Part shown: positions 57,876 to 64,000 of the stretch, piece by piece
Position numbering within the stretch: the first letter of the stretch is position 1
Layout: each line of letters opens with the position of its first letter
Origin: an uncultured Chloroflexia bacterium
GTDB lineage: Bacteria > Chloroflexota > Limnocylindria > Limnocylindrales > CSP1-4
DNA: 64,000 nucleotides
Direction of reading: 5' to 3'
Assembly (NCBI GenBank): GCA_963712745.1
Contig: CAVQJC010000002.1
Location: 96,001 to 160,000 of the forward strand
Notes under the pieces: generated by a model
What the model saw: only the letters and a program-made list of their open reading frames with translations
The model's database searches: none
Told to the model about the DNA's origin: nothing
Program-made: the position numbers and the translations under genes

Positions 57876-57930
57876 TCTCTCGCTGACGTATCGCCCCGGC
57901 GTAGGCTAGTGGCCGGGGCGCTCTGTGCAC

Positions 57931-57958
57931 AAGGCCTCGCGAAGGTTCGCGAGGCCTT
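57931..57958 (+). terminator. Intergenic hairpin after dctP
   Basis: AAGGCCTCGCGAA-GG-TTCGCGAGGCCTT. Confidence 0.5.
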
Positions 57959-57982
57959 GTGCGATACGGTGAGGAGGGCAGG

Positions 57983-58612
57983 ATGAGCGTGGGCGGCGAG
58001 CAGCCCGTGAGTGGCAGCGTGCCACCGACGGACCCGCCGGCCGAGCCGGACGAGACGCCGGCCGCCGAGCCGACGCTGGGCGGCGAAGTTGGTGCCGAGC
58101 TCCTGCCGGAACGAGGTCCGCTCCGAACGTTCCTCAAGACCGTGGGCGTGATCGAGCAGGCTGTCGGGACGTCGCTCATCTTCGTCATCCTCGTGCTCGT
58201 CCTGGTCCAGGTCGCTGGACGCTATCTGCCCTCGTTCGCCGGCTGGCCAGGGACTGGCGAGATCGCCCGCCTCTCGCTGGTCTGGTGCACGTTCATCCTT
58301 TCCGGCTACCTCATGGCGCAGGATCGGCACATCACCATCAGGGCCATCGACTTCGTCGTCAGCGGGCGTGCCCTTGATGCCCTCAAGCTCATGGTCCACG
58401 TAGTGGTAGCCGTTACCTGCATCGCCATGGCGTACGCCACGTATCGGCTCATCGCCGATGACATCGGCCAGCGGACACCTGAGGCGAATCTGCCGCTTGC
58501 CTGGGTCTACCTGGTGCCGTTCGTCGGCTTCGTGCTCACGGCCCTCCGCGCCGGGTTGGCCATCGGCCTGGTCGACGTCCCGGGGCTGGCTGGCCGGAGG
58601 AAGTCGCCGTGA
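57983..58612 (+). CDS. TRAP small permease DctQ
   Basis: QVAGRY, EIARLSLVW, HITI; four TM segments. Confidence 0.9.
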   Translation: MSVGGEQPVSGSVPPTDPPAEPDETPAAEPTLGGEVGAELLPERGPLRTFLKTVGVIEQAVGTSLIFVILVLVLVQVAGRYLPSFAGWPGTGEIARLSLVWCTFILSGYLMAQDRHITIRAIDFVVSGRALDALKLMVHVVVAVTCIAMAYATYRLIADDIGQRTPEANLPLAWVYLVPFVGFVLTALRAGLAIGLVDVPGLAGRRKSP

Positions 58613-59885
58613 GCCTGCTCTTGATGCTGGTGCTCATCGTGGCGCTCTTCCTGTTGCGTGTGCCGATGGCCTTCGCCATCCTGGGACCGTGCCTTGCCTA
58701 CCTCGTCATCGAGGGCTACTCGCTCGGGCTGGCGGTGAGGCTCGTCATCGACGGCATCGACAGCTGGCCGCTACTGGCCGTCCCCCTGTTCATCCTCGTA
58801 GGAGTCACCGCGACCCGGACCGAGACCGCCGACCGCCTGTACGACGCGGCGCTGGCGCTGCTCGGGCCCCTTCGGGCCGGACTCGCCTACGTCAATATCG
58901 GGGTCAGCCTGGGGTTCTCGTGGATGAGTGGGGCGGCCCTCGCGGATGCCGCGGGCATCGGCTCGATCGCCGTCGTCCAGATGAAGCGAAAGGGCTACCC
59001 GGAAGGCTTCTCCGTGGGGCTCAGCGGGAGCTCCGCCCTGATCAGCCCGATCATGCCCCCCAGCATCCCCGCCGTGATCTACGCGTCGGTCGCGGCCGTG
59101 TCGACGGGCGCGCTCTTCATCGCCGCCATCGTCCCGGCCATCCTGATGACGCTCACCCTGGCCGCCACCGTCTACCTGTGGGCACGCCGCCGGCCCCAGT
59201 TCGTCGGCGAGCGCCACGACTGGAGCAATGTCCGACGCACCGGCCTCCGCGCGCTGCCGCCGATGGGCGCACCCGTACTGATCCTCGGAGGATCCTCGGC
59301 GGCTTCTTCACGCCGACCGAGGCAGCGGCAGTGGGCGCCATCTACATGTTGGGCCTGGCTCTCACCTACCGGTCCGTTAGCCGCCGCGAGTACGTGCTCA
59401 TCTTCCGCGACACATCGCTGGTCAGCGCACAGATCATGCTGATCATCGGGGCATCCTCGTTGCTGAGCTGGATCCTGGCCAGGGAGCAGGTCCCGCAGAC
59501 CATCGCCGAGGCGCTCCCCGGGCTCACCGACCAACCCGCAGTCTTCCTCTTGATCATCATCGTCGTGCTCATCGGGCTGGGCATGATCCTGGAACCGACC
59601 TCGGCGTTGCTGATCGTCACGCCCATCCTGCTGCCGGTCGCCATCGAGTACGGGATCGATCCGCTGCAGTTCGGGTCGATCGTCATCCTCTGCCTCATGA
59701 TCGGCCTGCTGACGCCACCGATGGGTGGCGTCTGCTTCGTTCTCAGCTCGGTGACCGGCATCCCGCTGGAGCGCGTCTTCCGGGGCGTGGTGCCATTCTT
59801 CCCCGCCCTGGCCGTCACACTGCTCCTGGTGGCGTACGTCCCGGCAGTCACCCTCTGGTTGCCCGGCCTGCTGGGCATGCTGTGA
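58609..59885 (+). CDS. TRAP large permease DctM (frameshift near 59290)
   Basis: LLAVPLFIL, MSGAALAD, PIMPPSIP | GGFFTPTEAA, GLLTPPMG. Confidence 0.92.
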
Positions 59886-60120
59886 CAGCCGGTAGGTCGG
59901 AGGTGACACGGCCACGGCCCTGACTGGCGGATCGCGTCGCGGACGTGCTCGGCCCGACGCCGTCACATCTCACCCGGACAAGCGTGAGATCGGCCCTCCT
60001 GTCTGCCCGGTCCGTCTAGGATGAGCCGAATGGAGACCACGTTGGGAGCGGTGGGCGGACGTCGGCGAGATCTCGATCCAAGGCCTCGCGCTCTGGGCCT
60101 GCCCGATCCGGAGGGGCAAG

Positions 60121-61158
60121 ATGAGTGAGCTCCGTATCGCGGTGGTCGGCGCCGGCCTCATCGGGCGGCAGCACATCCTGCGCGTCGATAGCGAGCCGGG
60201 CGCTGCCCTCGCGGCGGTCGTCGATCCGGCAGAGGCGGCCAGGGAGCTCGCGGGGGCACTCGGGACCGAGTGGTTTCCCGATCTGGCCGCGATGTTGCAG
60301 GGCGAGCGGCCGGACGCGGTGATCATCGCCACCCCGAACCAGCTGCACGTGGCCCAGGGCCTCGAGGCAGTCGCCGCAGGGCTGCCCATGCTGCTCGAGA
60401 AACCGCTGGCTGAGGATGTCGCGTCGGGGCGGCGGCTGGTCGAGGCTGCCGAAGCCGCCGATGTGCCGCTGCTGGTGGGCCACCACCGACGGCACAACCC
60501 CCTGGTCCAGCAAGCGAAGGAGATCATCGCCTCGGGGCGGCTCGGTCGGATCGCGACCGTCAACGCGCTGGCCTGGTTCTTCAAGCCGGACGACTACTTC
60601 GACGTCGCCTGGCGGCACGAGCCGGGCGGCGGACCGATCCTCATCAACCTCATCCACGTCGTCGACGATCTGCGCAACCTCTGCGGGGAGATCGACGAGG
60701 TCCAGGCCGTCGAGTCCAACGCCATGCGGCTCTATCCGGTCGAGGACACGGCCGCGGCGCTCTTCAGGTTCGAGAACGGTGCCCTCGGGACGATCTCGGT
60801 CTCGGACACCGTAGTCGCGCCGTGGAGCTGGGAGCTGACCACGGGCGAGAACCCGGCGTTCCCCGAGACCGCCGAGTCCTGCTACTTGATCGGCGGCACC
60901 GAGGGTTCGTTGAGCTTCCCCAGCCTGGACGTGTGGCTCTACCAGGGCGAGAGGAGCTGGCAGGCGCCGATCGATCGCCGGGCGCAGTCGGTTGCCCCGA
61001 GGGAGGACACGCTGGCCCTGCAGCTGCGTCACTTCTGCCGCGTCGTACGGGGCCACGAGCCGCCGCTGGTCGATGGCAATGAGGCGCTGCGGACCCTTGA
61101 AGTGAGCCTCGCGGTCAAGGCCGCCGCGACGGGCGGTGGAGCGGTCAGGCAGGGCTGA
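60121..61158 (+). CDS. Gfo/Idh/MocA oxidoreductase
   Basis: GAGLIG, ATPNQLH, EKP, GHHRRH, GGGPILINLIH. Confidence 0.93.
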   Translation: MSELRIAVVGAGLIGRQHILRVDSEPGAALAAVVDPAEAARELAGALGTEWFPDLAAMLQGERPDAVIIATPNQLHVAQGLEAVAAGLPMLLEKPLAEDVASGRRLVEAAEAADVPLLVGHHRRHNPLVQQAKEIIASGRLGRIATVNALAWFFKPDDYFDVAWRHEPGGGPILINLIHVVDDLRNLCGEIDEVQAVESNAMRLYPVEDTAAALFRFENGALGTISVSDTVVAPWSWELTTGENPAFPETAESCYLIGGTEGSLSFPSLDVWLYQGERSWQAPIDRRAQSVAPREDTLALQLRHFCRVVRGHEPPLVDGNEALRTLEVSLAVKAAATGGGAVRQG

Positions 61159-61239
61159 GTGGTCCCAGAACTCGGGCGGCTGGGGAGGTTGCCGTACCCT
61201 TGCGACCCGACGGTCGTCACCAGCGGGCCCTGGTGGTTC

Positions 61240-61983
61240 TCAGTCGCCTCGGCGCAACAGCCCACTGACCTGGGCCGCAGAACGCTCGAGCGGCATGCGC
61301 ATCTCCAGGAGTCGCCGCCGGCTGAGGCGAATGGTGGGCCCGGAGATGCACAGCGCGGCGACGACCCGCTCGGTCGAATCGGTGACCGTCGAGGCGATCG
61401 CCGCCACGCCATCCTGGCGCTCCCCGATGGAGACCGACCAGCGATCCGAGCGGATCTGCTCGAGCTGACGCGCGAGGTCAGCGCCTGGGGCATTGGGCAG
61501 CGTCTCGCCATCAGCTCGAGCCCGACGTAGCTCACGTCGTCGAACGTCGTCGTCGGCAAAGGCCAGCAGCACCTTTCCTGCAGCCCCGACGCGGAGCGGC
61601 AGCGGCCGCCCAAGCTGGATGAACGGCCGGAGCTCATGCCTGGCCTCCACGGCAGCGATGCATACGCGAGTGTCGGCATCCCGGATGTAGAGGTGGACGC
61701 TCTCGCCGATCTCGTCACGGAGCCTGCGCATCGGGGGTTCCGCCAGCGCTCGCAGGTCGAACGTCTTCGCCGCGGCCTCACCCCAGTAGAGGAGCCGGGG
61801 CCCGAGTGAATACCGGCTGTCCGGCGTGCGGCGTACGATCCCGAGAGCCGCGAGCTCGCTCAGCAGCCGGTGCGTGGAAGACTTGGGCATGGCCAGGGCC
61901 GAGCGCACGTGAGACAAGGTGACCGGTTCGCCAGCCTGGCCGAGGAAGTCGATGAGGTCGCTTGCTTTCTCCAGAACGGACAT
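61240..61983 (-). CDS. IclR-family transcriptional regulator
   Basis: MPKSSTHRLL, YSLGP, GAAGKVLLA, AALCISGP. Confidence 0.94.
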   Translation of the reverse strand: MSVLEKASDLIDFLGQAGEPVTLSHVRSALAMPKSSTHRLLSELAALGIVRRTPDSRYSLGPRLLYWGEAAAKTFDLRALAEPPMRRLRDEIGESVHLYIRDADTRVCIAAVEARHELRPFIQLGRPLPLRVGAAGKVLLAFADDDVRRRELRRARADGETLPNAPGADLARQLEQIRSDRWSVSIGERQDGVAAIASTVTDSTERVVAALCISGPTIRLSRRRLLEMRMPLERSAAQVSGLLRRGD

Positions 61984-62077
61984 CTTCGCCTCACGGGATC
62001 TTGCTGGCGTTAGCCTACTGCGTGGGGTCGAGCGGGGCCGTGGAAGACGACCGCGAGCGCGGCCCGGTCCGGGCCGG

Positions 62078-63502
62078 TCAGTCGACTGCGGTCCCGTAGT
62101 ACTCGCCGAATAGCTCCTCTTCACTGGGCCGGTCCTCGGCGATGGGCCGGCTGACCCACGTGACGTTCATGTAGTGCTTGAGATGGATGTTCTCTGAGGT
62201 GATGTTGCCACCCCACGTGCCGCAGCCGAGGCTGGAGGTCATGGGCATTCCGTTGTCGAAGGCGCCAGCGTTCGCCTTCGACTGCGGCTGACGCACCATG
62301 ATCCGGCTGACTGGTGCCATCCGGGCAAGCCGATCGATGTGCCCGTCATCGAACGAGTAGATGCCGCACGAGTGGCCCTTGCCACCGACCTCGTAGATGG
62401 CCTTCACCTTCTCGAGCGCCTCGTCGAACCCTGAGTAGCGGAACATCGAGACGACGACACTGAGCTTCTCCGAGCTGAACGGGTGGTGAGGGCCGATCTC
62501 CGTCTGCTCGACGAGAAAGAACCTGCGATCGGGAGCGACTCCGAATCCCGCCTTGGCGGCGATCGCCCCGGCTGAGATGGCGATGGTGTCCGCCGTCCGC
62601 CGTCCCTCCTCATCCCAGAGGGCAGACCTGAGCAGCGCCGTCTCTTCTGGGCTCGCGAGATGGGCGCCCTCCTCCACGAGCTTCGCCCGAAGCGCTTCGT
62701 AGATCGAGTCCTCGACCACGAGGTTCCCGTCGGCGGAGCAGCCCGAGCCAAAGTCAGACGTCTTGCTGATCCGGGTGTTGCGGGCGGCTTCAGCCACGTC
62801 CGCTGTCTCGTCGATGACCATCGTGGAGTTGCCGGCGCCGACGCCGTAGGCCGGTGTTCCCGACGAGTAGGCAGCCTTGACCATATCCAGGCCACCGGTG
62901 GCCTGGACGAGGTCGGCCTGGGTCATCAGGTACTGAGCAGCGGGGATGCTCGGCCGGGGCAGACATTGCAGCAAGTCGGGCGGTGCACCCTCGCGAGCCA
63001 GTGCACGTCGCATGATCTCGACAGTCTCGAGGGTCGTCCGCTTGCTGCGCGGGTGCGGCGAGAACACGACAGCGTCGCCACACTTGATGGCGAACATGCC
63101 CACGCCGGGCGGTGTGAGCTCGGGGTTCGTGGTGGGGACGAGCGACGCGATCAGGCCCACCGGCTTGGCATACTTGACGATGCCCTTCTCGGGGACCTCC
63201 TCGATGACGCCGATGCTCGGCTGGCGGAGCACATCTCGAAGGATGCCCATGACCTTGAACCGCTTGCCGACACGCGTCTCGGGGTCGCCGATCCCGCTCT
63301 CCTCGACGCCCATGAGTGCGAGCCGCTTGAAGGTCGTCTCGTTCGCCACCGCCCAGGCGACCGCCTGGCACAGTCGGTCGACTTGCGCCTGGGTGACGCC
63401 CTCGAACTCGCGCATCACAGCCCGTCCTCGGGCCACGAGCTCATCGACGGCTGCCGTCTCCTGCGGGGTGATCGGTCGCGTGGCCATACGGTCCTCCGAC
63501 AT
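62078..63502 (-). CDS. CoA-acylating aldehyde dehydrogenase, SauS-like
   Basis: KPVG...PTTNP, SPHP, ATGG, YGVGAGN, SKTSDFGSGCS, GHSCGI, LGCGTWG. Confidence 0.85.
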   Translation of the reverse strand: MSEDRMATRPITPQETAAVDELVARGRAVMREFEGVTQAQVDRLCQAVAWAVANETTFKRLALMGVEESGIGDPETRVGKRFKVMGILRDVLRQPSIGVIEEVPEKGIVKYAKPVGLIASLVPTTNPELTPPGVGMFAIKCGDAVVFSPHPRSKRTTLETVEIMRRALAREGAPPDLLQCLPRPSIPAAQYLMTQADLVQATGGLDMVKAAYSSGTPAYGVGAGNSTMVIDETADVAEAARNTRISKTSDFGSGCSADGNLVVEDSIYEALRAKLVEEGAHLASPEETALLRSALWDEEGRRTADTIAISAGAIAAKAGFGVAPDRRFFLVEQTEIGPHHPFSSEKLSVVVSMFRYSGFDEALEKVKAIYEVGGKGHSCGIYSFDDGHIDRLARMAPVSRIMVRQPQSKANAGAFDNGMPMTSSLGCGTWGGNITSENIHLKHYMNVTWVSRPIAEDRPSEEELFGEYYGTAVD

Positions 63503-63614
63503 CGCGAGAGAAGAGTGAACGTTCCGAATCGTTAGGTTCGCGTCCCAGTATTATGTACCCCACGACAACATCTCGACGGGGCTCGTATCGTCTGGGTCGC
63601 AGCTCGGCGCTCAC

Positions 63615-63681
63615 TTGACACAGCCTCGTCAGCGCACTAGGTTTTCCCACAGATATGGGACAGGGTCCCGATATGTGGGAC
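63615..63681 (+). promoter_or_regulatory. Promoter with two palindromic operators (IclR candidates)
   Basis: TTGACA-N17-TAGGTT; TCCCACAGATATGGGA at 63645-63660 and GTCCCGATATGTGGGAC at 63665-63681. Confidence 0.65.
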
Positions 63682-63725
63682 CAGGAGGGTACGATGCGCG
63701 AGCCACGATTGGCTTCGACCCGCAG

Positions 63726-64000
63726 ATGACGATGAAGCCGTCTGTCGCTGACCACGTGGCCGGGTTCCTCTCTGACCGCGGCGTCGAGCTGATCTTCGGC
63801 TTGTGCGGCCACACGAACATCTCGTTGCTTGCCGCGCTGGAGCGGCGCGGGGCGCCACGGTTCGTGACTGCTCGCCATGAGCAGGTCGCGGCCCACGCCG
63901 CTGATGGATACGCGCGCACGTCCGGCCGGCCGGGAGTCATCCTTCTGCATGTGGGTCCCGGAATGACCAATGCTGTGACCGGGGTCGCGACTGCGGCGTT
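63726..64000 (+). CDS. ThDP-dependent enzyme (acetolactate synthase-like), runs off the window end
   Basis: GVELIFGLCGHTN, RHEQVAAHAADGYAR, HVGPGMTNAVTG. Confidence 0.9.
   Translation, partial: MTMKPSVADHVAGFLSDRGVELIFGLCGHTNISLLAALERRGAPRFVTARHEQVAAHAADGYARTSGRPGVILLHVGPGMTNAVTGVATAA

Overview
High-GC bacterial chromosomal window. It is probably Chloroflexota (Limnocylindria-like), inferred from gene content only. It has four parts. (1) 1-14.3 kb is an accessory region downstream of tRNA-Ser(UGA). It holds secreted proteins, PucR- and MalT-type regulators, a DszB-like protein, an orphan terminase-small-subunit-like gene and three families of dispersed non-coding repeats. (2) 14.4-44 kb is largely housekeeping: serS, class I lysS, greA, argR, uppP, ndk, an M16 peptidase, coaX-coaBC-panB-panC-nitrilase, gdhA and DegV. 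At 27.6-29.3 kb it is interrupted by an HTH/PD-(D/E)xK-like gene bracketed on both sides by identically spaced arrays of a 15-bp dyad. (3) 44.1-53.3 kb is a full shikimate operon plus trpEG, preceded by a promoter, an 8-residue leader peptide MHQYWYFS and a terminator. (4) 53.3-64 kb is an IclR-associated catabolic cluster (TRAP transporter, CoA-transferase, phosphotriesterase-like, SauS-like and ThDP enzymes). About nine single-base frameshifts, most next to GATC, look like long-read errors. All calls come from reading motifs by eye; no database search was run.
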